Assembly: GCA_016192915.1 (NCBI GenBank)
Contig: JACPTF010000002.1
Coordinates: forward strand, 67,530-131,529
From: Candidatus Woesearchaeota archaeon
Lineage (GTDB): Archaea; Nanobdellota; Nanobdellia; Woesearchaeales; UBA10216
DNA: 64,000 nucleotides
Reading direction: 5' to 3'
In this document: piece by piece, positions 29,779 to 38,452 of the stretch
How positions within the stretch are numbered: position 1 is the first letter of the stretch
How the letters are laid out: every line of letters begins with the position of its first letter
Position numbers and translations under genes: made by a program
The notes under the pieces: generated by a model
The model's input: the letters and a program-made list of their open reading frames with translations, nothing else
Databases searched by the model: none
Told to the model about the DNA's origin: nothing

Positions 29779-31140
29779 ATGATACACCTGAGCACATCGC
29801 TGAAGTATTACAAAAGGGAAGACGTACAGATGGCTCTTGTAGAGCACGGAAGGGACAAGGAGGTAGCTGCCAGGTTTAATGAGCAGTTCGGGAAAAGGCC
29901 TGACACGCTCACGTATCCTGGTGATATTCTTGAGCTGGCAAAACAGGGAGCAACATCCTTCCACTGCTCTGAAGAGTTATGGACAAACCCGCTACAGCTG
30001 GTGCCCCAGATGCCGAAGGCAGAGCTGGACAAGCTCAGGAAGGGGTGGGACCTGCTTCTTGATGTTGACTGTGCCATAGTTGATTACTCAAAAATAGCTG
30101 CCGACCTGATTGTAAAGGAGCTGAAGCTGCAAGGGGTAAGGAGCGTGACGGCAAAGTTTAGCGGCAATAAAGGTTTTCACATAGCTGTGCCTTACGAGGC
30201 TTTCCCGCAGAACGTCCTAGGAAAGGAAACCCAGGAGCTTTTTCCGGAAGCGCCAAAAAAGATAGCACTCTACATCAAAGAAAGGATTAAAAAAAGGCTC
30301 GGAAATGAGATACTTAAGAAAGAAAGCAACTCATTCACCAACGTTGCGGTGAAGACTGGCAAAAAAGTTGCTGAAATAACAAGCAGGAACGAAAGCAGCG
30401 AAGTGACGGCAACAGATAAGCCACTCCTGAATCCTGAGCCATTCCTTGTCATAGACACCCTCCTAATCTCATCACGGCACATGTACAGGATGCCGTACTC
30501 GCTTCATGAGAAATCGGGGCTTGTTTCTGTGCCAGTGGGTGTTGACAGAATCATGGAGTTTTCAAAAGAGCATGCTGTTGCAGAAAAAGTAAAGGCCGGG
30601 GCTTACCCCTTCATGGAGAGGAAAAATGCGAGGCAGGATGAGGCAGAACGGCTTTTCCTCGCTGCGTACGACTTTGGCAAAAAGCAAACTGTAAAAGTTG
30701 AAGTAGAAAAAGACAGCAGCTACCGTGGAGAATACGAGGAGATTGAAGGCAAAATACCAGAGCAGTATTTCCCGCCATGCATCAAAAAAATTCTTGAAGG
30801 CGTTGCTGACGGAAGGAAAAGGGCGCTGTTTGTGCTGGTGAATTTCCTCAGCAGCTGCAATTGGGGTCCTGCAGAGATTGAGACCCTGGTAAAGGAATGG
30901 AACCAACGAAACAAGGAGCCACTGCCTCATCTTGCCATCAGCTCACATCTCAACTACCACAAGCAGCAAAGCAAGAAGGCACTGCCACCAAACTGCAGCA
31001 ACGCAAGCTACTACAAGGAACTGGGGATAGAATGCACGCCTGAATGCGGCAACTGCAAGAACCCTGTTGCTGAAGCAAAGCAGATTTACAGGAGAGCGAT
31101 GAGAATGGCTACTTCTACCAACAGCAAGAAATCAAAGTAA
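29779..31140 (+). CDS. Fused DNA primase PriS-PriL
   Basis: GWDLLLDVD, KFSGNKGFH, RMPYSLH (PriS) then FPPCIKKIL..DGRK..PPNC..C..C (PriL C-terminal domain). Confidence 0.88.
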   Translation: MIHLSTSLKYYKREDVQMALVEHGRDKEVAARFNEQFGKRPDTLTYPGDILELAKQGATSFHCSEELWTNPLQLVPQMPKAELDKLRKGWDLLLDVDCAIVDYSKIAADLIVKELKLQGVRSVTAKFSGNKGFHIAVPYEAFPQNVLGKETQELFPEAPKKIALYIKERIKKRLGNEILKKESNSFTNVAVKTGKKVAEITSRNESSEVTATDKPLLNPEPFLVIDTLLISSRHMYRMPYSLHEKSGLVSVPVGVDRIMEFSKEHAVAEKVKAGAYPFMERKNARQDEAERLFLAAYDFGKKQTVKVEVEKDSSYRGEYEEIEGKIPEQYFPPCIKKILEGVADGRKRALFVLVNFLSSCNWGPAEIETLVKEWNQRNKEPLPHLAISSHLNYHKQQSKKALPPNCSNASYYKELGIECTPECGNCKNPVAEAKQIYRRAMRMATSTNSKKSK

Positions 31141-31142
31141 TT

Positions 31143-31925
31143 TTAGTTTTTTGCGTTACTAATCTCGTAAATAGCCTGCCTGCCATAAAAAAAGCTGTCG
31201 GGGTGTGACATCTCGGAAAACGCCTTGCCGGAAATAACAACTTCTCTAGAACTAGGCCAGTAATCTGGAAATATGTTAAATACGCGCAATTGATTCAGTT
31301 TGGAATCAGATAATAAAAAGAAGTTGCCGACCGAGCCTAGCCAGCCTATTGCAGCAGCACCAGCAGCTGTACTCAGTAGGCCAAACCCCCATTTAAACCA
31401 AGTAGGAGCTATAGCGGCAGGAGTCTTAAAAGTAGCTGGAGCGACAATACCTCCAAAAACCCCCCCAGCAATAGCTCCGATTGCAGTGCTTATTTTAGTA
31501 ACCGTTCCGGCTCTAAGCCGCCTCTCAATAAGCCCTGAAGAGAGCTGCTGTGCGTTTGAAACAATTTCGTCAAGGGAGGGCGTGTCGGCTTCAGGATTGG
31601 ACATGAAAACATAACCGAGCTTGCCTTTGGCATCAGTGTAGTATGCAACGACAGAAGCGAAACGGGCCTGCTCAGTGCCTGAGGAAAACAGTGGATAATC
31701 GTCTCTTGCCATAACTTTCCAAAGTCCTTTACGTGTTGGCACTTCCCGTTCAGGCACATAGCCTAAGGAAACCAAGACAGAATCAAGACTCTTTGGAGTC
31801 TCATATTCAAATTTGTAATCAATAATTGCGTCATTGATTGCGCGTATGGTTCTGATTCTTGTGCTCTTACTACTATCTACCACATCGACACTAACAGCTT
31901 GCGAAGCCACAGTGATTATGACCAA
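31143..31925 (-). CDS. Hypothetical membrane protein
   Basis: 260-aa ORF with two Gly/Ala-rich hydrophobic segments; no family recognised. Confidence 0.6.
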   Translation of the reverse strand: MVIITVASQAVSVDVVDSSKSTRIRTIRAINDAIIDYKFEYETPKSLDSVLVSLGYVPEREVPTRKGLWKVMARDDYPLFSSGTEQARFASVVAYYTDAKGKLGYVFMSNPEADTPSLDEIVSNAQQLSSGLIERRLRAGTVTKISTAIGAIAGGVFGGIVAPATFKTPAAIAPTWFKWGFGLLSTAAGAAAIGWLGSVGNFFLLSDSKLNQLRVFNIFPDYWPSSREVVISGKAFSEMSHPDSFFYGRQAIYEISNAKN

Positions 31926-31979
31926 TATAAGTTAAGTTTATATATTTTTAGCAAAGGAAACGCAAAGTTGGCAGTAACC

Positions 31980-31987
31980 TTTAAATA
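31980..31987 (+). promoter_or_regulatory. Putative TATA box of the rps13 operon
   Basis: TTTAAATA ~140 nt upstream of the rps13 ATG. Confidence 0.5.
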
Positions 31988-32124
31988 CCACCCCTTAGTT
32001 TCTCCTCTATAACTTATCCGCCCGAGTTCTGGGAAGAGCGATTGAGGGCGTGTGACCTTTTTTGCTGCGGCCAAAAAGCTCAACCAAAAACAGACTTCTC
32101 AGAACTGATTTTGTAACGTTGAAA

Positions 32125-32652
32125 ATGGAACAGGCACAAACAGAACAACAATTCAAGCACATAGTGCGCATAGCAAACACAGACCTAGACGGTAATAGAA
32201 AGGTATCTGATGCGATAAGAAAAATCAAGGGAATAGGATTTTCCTTCGCAAACGCCATATGCCAGCTCGCGCAGATAAACGGCGACAAAAAGGCAGGCAA
32301 CCTCATCCCTGAAGAGGTTAAAAGAATTGACGAAACAATAGCGAATGCAGGCAAGACTATTCCTGTATGGATGCTAAACAGGAGAAAAGACCTCGAGGAT
32401 GGCACGGACAAGCACCTAATCGGGGCAGGCCTCACATTTGCGCAGGAAAGTGACATAAGGTTCATGAAGCAGATAAGAAGCTACAAAGGCGTAAGGCACG
32501 CGATGGGCGCGCCGGTAAGGGGCCAGAGAACAAGGTCAAACTTCAGAAGGAACAAAGGAAAGGTAATCGGCGTAATAAAGAAGAAGGAAGCCGCGGCAGC
32601 AGCTCCGGCAAAGGAAGAGAAAGGCGGGAAGGAAAAGAAAGAGAAAAAGTGA
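32125..32652 (+). CDS. rps13: 30S ribosomal protein S13
   Basis: IVRIANTDLDG, WMLNRRKD, VRGQRTRSN. Confidence 0.97.
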   Translation: MEQAQTEQQFKHIVRIANTDLDGNRKVSDAIRKIKGIGFSFANAICQLAQINGDKKAGNLIPEEVKRIDETIANAGKTIPVWMLNRRKDLEDGTDKHLIGAGLTFAQESDIRFMKQIRSYKGVRHAMGAPVRGQRTRSNFRRNKGKVIGVIKKKEAAAAAPAKEEKGGKEKKEKK

Positions 32653-32675
32653 AGCATAAGGCAAGGTAACTCAAA

Positions 32676-33296
32676 ATGGGAGACACAAGACGATTCAAGA
32701 AAAGCTACACACGCCCCTTAAAGGTGTGGGATGATGTGAGAATAGAAGAGGAAAAAAAGCTTACGAAGGGCTACGGCCTCAAAAACAAGAAAGAAATCTG
32801 GAAGGCAGAATCCATGCTAAGAGGGTTTAAGGCACAGGCAAAAAAGCTCATAGCAACAAGGGGAAAGCAGGCTGAAAAAGAAAAACAGCAGCTGCTCACA
32901 AAGCTCGCTTCACTAGGATTAACAACACAAAACGCGGACCTCGACACAGTGCTTGGGCTCACAATGAGCAACATACTGGACAGGCGGCTGCAAACAATTG
33001 TCAACAACAAGAAACTGGCAAGGTCAATCACTCAGGCAAGGCAATTCATAGTGCACGAGCACATACTGGTAGGCGGCAAGAAGGTATCAGTGCCATCCTA
33101 CCTCGTAAGGAAAAATGAGGAAGACACGATAGTATTCAGCCAGGCATCAAAGCTTTCCAGCGACATGCATCCGGAAAGGGTGCAAAAACAGGCTGCAACG
33201 CCAACAGACACAGAAGTTGTTGCAGAGACAAAGGCTGAAAAAGAAGCGGAAGCAGCCGAAACAGAAGTTAAGGTGGAAACGAAAGCAGAGGCGTGA
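32676..33296 (+). CDS. rps4: 30S ribosomal protein S4
   Basis: [25 protein letters not shown]. Confidence 0.97.
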   Translation: MGDTRRFKKSYTRPLKVWDDVRIEEEKKLTKGYGLKNKKEIWKAESMLRGFKAQAKKLIATRGKQAEKEKQQLLTKLASLGLTTQNADLDTVLGLTMSNILDRRLQTIVNNKKLARSITQARQFIVHEHILVGGKKVSVPSYLVRKNEEDTIVFSQASKLSSDMHPERVQKQAATPTDTEVVAETKAEKEAEAAETEVKVETKAEA

Positions 33297-33298
33297 AA

Positions 33299-33700
33299 AT
33301 GGAAAGGGAAAGAACAACACGGTGGGGAATAGCTCACATATTCAGCTCATACAACAACACAATCATACACATAACAGACGTAACAGGCACAGAAACACTG
33401 GGCAAGGCCACAGGCGGAATGGTCGTGAAAGCTGACAGGCTTGAAGGCTCGCCAACAGCAGCCATGGCGGCAGCCAAAAGGGCAGCCGAACAGGCAATGG
33501 AGAAGGGCATAACAGGGATACACGTAAAAATAAAGGCGCCAGGGGGTCACAACGGCCCAAACACGCCAGGGCCAGGGGCACAGGCAGCCGTAAGGGCGCT
33601 ATCAAGAATGGGGCTAAGGATAGGAACAATAGAAGATGTAACACCATTGCCTCACGACAGCTGCAGAAAGAAAGGCGGCAAACGCGGCAGAAGGGTATGA
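33299..33700 (+). CDS. rps11: 30S ribosomal protein S11
   Basis: [34 protein letters not shown]. Confidence 0.98.
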   Translation: MERERTTRWGIAHIFSSYNNTIIHITDVTGTETLGKATGGMVVKADRLEGSPTAAMAAAKRAAEQAMEKGITGIHVKIKAPGGHNGPNTPGPGAQAAVRALSRMGLRIGTIEDVTPLPHDSCRKKGGKRGRRV

Positions 33701-33732
33701 CCCTTTTCGTGGAAAAGGTTCAATCCAAAAAC
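33698..33732 (+). repeat. Family A repeat (empty form) starting at the rps11 TGA
   Basis: TGACCCTTTTC-gtg-GAAAAGGTTCAATCCAAAAAC. Confidence 0.88.
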
Positions 33733-33752
33733 GACACTAGGTGAAACAACAA

Positions 33753-33771
33753 CATCGGCAAGAAGCCGATG
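33753..33771. repeat. CATCGGC..GCCGATG hairpin, same stem as in rps17
   Basis: CATCGGC-aagaa-GCCGATG. Confidence 0.5.
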
Positions 33772-33792
33772 AGTTTTAACCAGGAGGTTAAA

Positions 33793-34590
33793 ATGACGGA
33801 GATTGAAGTCATAAAGGCGGACAAGAAAAACAACAGGCTCACACTGCTAATCAGGAAATCAAACGCACCATTCGTAAACGCAGTAAGAAGGGCAATAGTG
33901 GAAAGCGTGCCCACAATGGCAATAGAAGACGTTGAGATAAGAAAAAACAGCTCAGTGCTTTACGACGAGGTAATAGCGCACAGATTAGGGCTACTCCCGC
34001 TGACAACAGACTTAGAATCATACAACCTCCAGGCAAAATGCAAATGCAACGGCGAGGGATGCGCAAACTGCCAGGTCAAGCTCACGCTTGAGTCAGAAGG
34101 GCCGGGAATAATAACGGCCTCAGAGATAAAATCAAAAGATCCCAAAATAAAACCGGTATTCCCCGAAACACCAATAGTAAAGCTCCTCAAAGGGCAAAAG
34201 GTAGAAGTTGAAGCAACAGCAGTGCTCGGCACAGGAAAAGTCCACGCAAAATGGAGCCCGGCACACGTCTGGTATAAGCACAAGCCTATACTAAAAATTG
34301 GCAGCGTCAAAGAGCCCCAAAAAGTAGTGGATGCGTGCCCGCCCGGAGTCTTTGAAATCAAAAACGGGAAGCTGGTCGCGAATGAGGAAAAACTGCTCAC
34401 AACAGACCTTGCCGGGCTTGCCGAAGAAGCAAGCAATGGCGAAGTAAACATAGAAAAGTCGGATGACTTTGTAATGTTCATAGAAAGCTTCGGGCAGCTT
34501 GACTGCAAGGAAATACTGGAGCAGGCCACAAAATCGCTTGACGAAGACCTGGAAGAGTTCGAAAAACTCCTCAAAGAAACCAAAGAATAA
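33793..34590 (+). CDS. rpoD: DNA-directed RNA polymerase subunit D (Rpo3)
   Basis: NAVRR..VPTMAI, NSSVLYDEVIAHRLGLLP, HAKWSP; GGAGGT SD. Confidence 0.97.
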   Translation: MTEIEVIKADKKNNRLTLLIRKSNAPFVNAVRRAIVESVPTMAIEDVEIRKNSSVLYDEVIAHRLGLLPLTTDLESYNLQAKCKCNGEGCANCQVKLTLESEGPGIITASEIKSKDPKIKPVFPETPIVKLLKGQKVEVEATAVLGTGKVHAKWSPAHVWYKHKPILKIGSVKEPQKVVDACPPGVFEIKNGKLVANEEKLLTTDLAGLAEEASNGEVNIEKSDDFVMFIESFGQLDCKEILEQATKSLDEDLEEFEKLLKETKE

Positions 34591-34644
34591 GCATTTGCAC
34601 TCACTCCTCACAGCGAGGGTTGGGGTTGATAAGGGGGCGTAGAG

Positions 34645-34693
34645 CACAATTCCGCCAAGGCGGAATGTGCAATCGGGTTTTCCCCGATTTGCA
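34645..34693. repeat. Family B hairpin doublet just upstream of tRNA-Leu
   Basis: CA-CAATTCCGC-caag-GCGGAATG-TG-CAATCGGG-ttttc-CCCGATTTG-CA. Confidence 0.9.
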
Positions 34694-34701
34694 CCCTTAT
34701 A

Positions 34702-34841
34702 GCGGGGGTGGCAGAGCCTGGTCAAATGCGCTACCTTGAGGTGACCCTTTTTGGAACAAAAAGGTTCAATCCAAAAAAGTTGAAGGGTTGCGAACGGGTA
34801 GTCCCTTAGTGGGTGCGCGTGTTCGAATCACGTCCCCCGCA
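34702..34841 (+). tRNA. tRNA-Leu(GAG) with a 54-nt intron at 37/38 (34742-34795); CCA not encoded
   Basis: Acceptor GCGGGGG/CCCCCGC-A, D arm GCAGAGCCTGGTCAAATGC, anticodon stem CTACC/GGTAG, long variable arm, T loop TTCGAAT; usual rpoD-tRNA-Leu-rpl18e position. Confidence 0.92.
34742..34778 (+). repeat. Family A repeat forming the 5' part of the tRNA intron
   Basis: TGACCCTTTTT-ggaac-AAAAAGGTTCAATCCAAAAAA. Confidence 0.85.
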
Positions 34842-34863
34842 CTCATAATAAAAGTGAGAAACG

Positions 34864-35214
34864 ATGGTAAAACCTGATTCACAAAGGCACACGGCAATAA
34901 TTGCCATAAAAACTACCGAAGGGGAAGACCTCGCGGCTGTTGTAAAGGCGGAAGCGCTGAAACTGAGAAGGCATGCAGGTTTAAGGCACAAGCCTCTCTG
35001 GCACAGCGGAAACTACATTGTGCTTAGAGCAAGCAGAAATTATGCGCTTGAAATTGTCGCGGCACAAACGCAAGAAGCTGGAGTTGTGAGGCTGACAATC
35101 AACAGCACAGGAACTGGTGCAATGCCGAAGCATGTTACAGACACCTTGCGGAAACAAGGCTACACGCCATTAGCCAAACAACATGTGCAGTTAGATGCAC
35201 TGTACAGACTATGA
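34864..35214 (+). CDS. Hypothetical protein inserted between tRNA-Leu and rpl18e
   Basis: 116-aa ORF filling the gap; no family recognised. Confidence 0.55.
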   Translation: MVKPDSQRHTAIIAIKTTEGEDLAAVVKAEALKLRRHAGLRHKPLWHSGNYIVLRASRNYALEIVAAQTQEAGVVRLTINSTGTGAMPKHVTDTLRKQGYTPLAKQHVQLDALYRL

Positions 35215-35218
35215 TAAG

Positions 35219-35578
35219 ATGAGAACCGGACCAACAAACATAAACCTGAAGAGCCTGATAGGCGAGCTCAGGAAGAAGGCCTATGCAGAGAACTCACCGC
35301 TACTTGCAAGAATAGCAGAGGACCTTGAGAAGTCAACAAGGCAGAGAAGGGCTGTTAACCTTTCCAAGATAAGCAGGTATGCCAAGAAGGGAGAGCTGGT
35401 TGTAGTCCCTGGAAAAGTGCTGGCGGCAGGAGAGCTGAACCAGAGCTTAACAATAGCCGCCTGGAAGTTTTCTGAACAGGCCCTCGATAAGATATCAAAG
35501 GCAAACGCCAAGGCAATAACAATCAATGATCTTATGAAGAACAGGGTAAAAAACACGGCAGTGAGGATAATAGGCTGA
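35219..35578 (+). CDS. rpl18e: 50S ribosomal protein L18e
   Basis: RRAVNLSKI, VVVPGKVL, VRIIG. Confidence 0.95.
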   Translation: MRTGPTNINLKSLIGELRKKAYAENSPLLARIAEDLEKSTRQRRAVNLSKISRYAKKGELVVVPGKVLAAGELNQSLTIAAWKFSEQALDKISKANAKAITINDLMKNRVKNTAVRIIG

Positions 35579-35596
35579 AAGATAAAGTGATAAAAA

Positions 35597-36016
35597 ATGG
35601 CCATAATTGACGCAACAAACATGATCCTTGGAAGGCTCGCCACACAGGCAGCCAAGCAGGCACTCAAAGGGGAGGAAGTTACGGTCGTGAACTGCGAAAA
35701 GGCCGTCGTGACGGGAAACAAGGAAAACATATATGAAAACTACATGAAAAAGTTTGATGTAGGGCAGGTAAACCAGGGGCCGTACTTCCCGAAAAGGCCA
35801 GACATGCTCGTAAGAAGAACAATAAGGGGAATGCTGCCTAGAAAAAAGCCAAGGGGAAGGTCTGCATTCGAAAGGGTAAAATGCTACGTAGGCATGCCAC
35901 AGGGTATAAAGGCGGAAGACGCCAAAATAGTGCCTGGGGCAAGCATAGAAAAGGCAAAAAAAGTGCCATTCATGACTGTTAGCCAGTTATGCAAGCACAT
36001 AGGCTACAAAGGGTAA
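35597..36016 (+). CDS. rpl13: 50S ribosomal protein L13
   Basis: ILGRLAT, VVNCEKAVVTG, RRTIRGMLP. Confidence 0.96.
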   Translation: MAIIDATNMILGRLATQAAKQALKGEEVTVVNCEKAVVTGNKENIYENYMKKFDVGQVNQGPYFPKRPDMLVRRTIRGMLPRKKPRGRSAFERVKCYVGMPQGIKAEDAKIVPGASIEKAKKVPFMTVSQLCKHIGYKG

Positions 36017-36021
36017 CAAAA

Positions 36022-36432
36022 ATGACAGCAAGCAAGGTTATAGTTGTCTCAGGAAAAAGGAAAAGCGCCATAGCAAGGGCAATAGTAAGGCCTGGCAGCG
36101 GAAAGGTCACTGTAAACGGCAAGATGCTCGACTATTATGAGCCAGCTATTGCAAGAATGAAGCTTCAGGAGCCAATCCTGCTTGCAGGAGATGGCGCTGC
36201 AAAGGTTGACGTAGAAATTAACGTAAGAGGAGGGGGCGTGATGGGCCAGGCAGAGGCAGCAAGGCTAGCCATGGCAAAAGGCGTGGTGGCCTTCCTTAGG
36301 GACAAAAAGCTTGAGAAGGCATTCCTCGAGTATGACAGGCACTTGCTTGTTGCCGACGTAAGAAGGAAAGAAGTCAGGAAGCCGAACAGGCACGGAAAAG
36401 CCAGGGCAGCGGTTCAGAAAAGTTATAGATAA
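36022..36432 (+). CDS. rps9: 30S ribosomal protein S9
   Basis: GKRKSAIARA, GGGVMGQAEA, QKSYR end. Confidence 0.97.
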   Translation: MTASKVIVVSGKRKSAIARAIVRPGSGKVTVNGKMLDYYEPAIARMKLQEPILLAGDGAAKVDVEINVRGGGVMGQAEAARLAMAKGVVAFLRDKKLEKAFLEYDRHLLVADVRRKEVRKPNRHGKARAAVQKSYR

Positions 36433-36543
36433 TTTTCAATTTTTTGGAATTCTTCCGTATTTTTAATTTCTCACTGGACACTGGACATGTGCCCGGCGAG
36501 GGTATTTAAGCTAGTTCTGCTGCGTGTTTCAGAGATCAGAAAA

Positions 36544-37860
36544 ATGGATAAAAAAGATACCAGAGTTGTGTTAAAACCTGAATTCCAGAGAGAATTGTTT
36601 ACAAAGCTATTGAAAACTTATGCAAGAATGAAACTTGCGAAACTTATAGGCATATCTTCAGCAATGCTATACCACTACAAGAATTTGAGAGTTAGGAACA
36701 TTTCTCTTGCTACACTTGAAAGAGGGGCTATGCTTCTCGAAATAGAAATGAACAAAATAGAGGGATATATACTCAACACATATTCATTTAAAGAGAGTGT
36801 TCAAGATATTATGAAAGAAGGAAGTGCTAAACGCCATCAGCTACTAAAAGATTTTAGGAACGAAATTCCTAAAATTTCGGAAATTGCCTCAAATGGGCAG
36901 TTAGATGTTGAGAAATGGTTCTTAGCCTATAAGAAGCTCATAGATTTTGGGGCAAGGCAGTTTACTAAAATAAGAGAAAAGGGTAATCGGCTGCTGCTTG
37001 AATATACAAATTTCGCCAATGGCAAGCAAAAGGCGTTCAAAACCGTTTTACCGCGAAAAATAGAGGTTGATAGAGATTTTCTCTACTTCTTTGGACTTTG
37101 GCTTGGTGACAAGGCCGGAGGGGGAAGGATTGGTGTAGTAAACAAAGAACCTAAAATTAATTTTGAAACTTCAAAATTATTGCAAAAGTATCGCCAAACC
37201 CCGTTTTTCGAATTATATGTGGATAGAAATGTAGAGATTCCAAAAACAATCAAGGTAGATAAAATAACAAAAAAAGGGCTGACGGGTTGGGCCATTAGTG
37301 TTTATTCTGTCAATAGTATCTTTAAACGCTTTTTTGAATATTTAGAAGCTAATTTGGATGAATTTCTAAATCTTATGCCAAATAAAGCTGTGGTATTTGC
37401 TGGACTGTTTGATGCAGAGGGCAATATACTTTTAGAAGATAAATGTTTTAGGTGGGCTTGTAAAGATAAAGTAAAGATAGAAATTTACAAAAAGCATCTT
37501 TTTGAGATGGGGCTTTATAGAAGGTTTGATGGTGGCAATTTGGTTGGTTACGACCTTAATAAGTTCAGAAGTTTAGTGTTTCCTCATTTAAGGCATCCTA
37601 AGAAAATAAATGCGTGTAATTTGCTCTTTTTTAAACAAGGAAATCTTGAAGACCGGTTTATGCGGATTTTAGAGTTCATTCAGGCCAGACCTGGTCAAAC
37701 AAACCGAGAGGTGGCAAAAGCTTTAAAAAGAGCCAAGCGTTCCTCCCAGTTAAAATTTTTGGAGTACTTGGACTTGATTAAGATGACCGATTATCCTAAA
37801 AGAATGTTTATCACTGAAAAAGGTTTGGCTTCTCTTAGCCAAGGGGGCAAGGACATATGA
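36544..37860 (+). CDS. Free-standing LAGLIDADG-like endonuclease with terminal HTH-like domains
   Basis: YFFGLWLGDK and FAGLFDAEGN motifs ~100 aa apart; N-terminal KLAKLIGISSAMLYHY; C-terminal wHTH-like segment; AT-rich; own TATTTAAG box. Confidence 0.7.
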   Translation: MDKKDTRVVLKPEFQRELFTKLLKTYARMKLAKLIGISSAMLYHYKNLRVRNISLATLERGAMLLEIEMNKIEGYILNTYSFKESVQDIMKEGSAKRHQLLKDFRNEIPKISEIASNGQLDVEKWFLAYKKLIDFGARQFTKIREKGNRLLLEYTNFANGKQKAFKTVLPRKIEVDRDFLYFFGLWLGDKAGGGRIGVVNKEPKINFETSKLLQKYRQTPFFELYVDRNVEIPKTIKVDKITKKGLTGWAISVYSVNSIFKRFFEYLEANLDEFLNLMPNKAVVFAGLFDAEGNILLEDKCFRWACKDKVKIEIYKKHLFEMGLYRRFDGGNLVGYDLNKFRSLVFPHLRHPKKINACNLLFFKQGNLEDRFMRILEFIQARPGQTNREVAKALKRAKRSSQLKFLEYLDLIKMTDYPKRMFITEKGLASLSQGGKDI

Positions 37861-38055
37861 TCATACCAGTCCGTTGTTTTTAGCTGCGGAAAACCAGTCG
37901 CGCAGTTTTGGGAGCAGTTTAAGGAAAGGGTTGCCAAGGGAGAAAACGGCAAGAAGGTGCTGGACGAGCTTGGCATGGAAAGGTACTGCTGCAGGGCGCT
38001 GTTCCTGGGGCATGTTGACCTGACAGACATCGCTGCAGAGTTCAAGAAGGCGTAA
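37857..38055 (+). CDS. rpoN: RNA polymerase subunit N (Rpo10), frameshifted as given
   Basis: MIIPVRCF then TAG; +1 frame continues SCGKPVAQFW..ERYCCRALFLGHVDL..KKA; one extra T in run 37877-37881. Confidence 0.9.
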
Positions 38056-38452
38056 ACGGGGGTTTGATTAAAAAGGCACAAGCTGGAACGCCATTTTTTG
38101 GGTGAACTTGTGGTTTTCGCAGACAGGCCAGCTTACCTGGCCTGCCACCCTGTTTCAGAAGAGTGGGTGACTTATTTCGAACCAAACGATAGCTACTGGG
38201 ATTCTAACTTCACAAAAAGGTGGGAACAGTTTTGAATAGAAACGGTCAATGAACTGGCTGGACTTGTAGCTTCCGCCCCAGAAGAAAGGGAAGCCATCGT
38301 GGCAACAGTCGAAAACACATTCGGGCTCTCATGGTATGGGCAGCCGCCACAAACCAACCCTGCGGCGGGAAAAGCAGCCGAAGTACTATACAATGCAATC
38401 AAAGTCGTAGCGCTAAGCAAAGTTTAAAAACACTCAGCAGTTCTATCGAGCC

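Noticed and set aside
31920..31950. dif-like site (ATATAA..TTATAT)
   Set aside because: Spacer is 7 bp rather than 6 and the arms match poorly; explained equally well as the TATA region of the 31143-31925 gene.
36473..36487. ACTGGAC tandem as target duplication of the LAGLIDADG insert
   Set aside because: Both copies are on the same side of the gene; too short to interpret.
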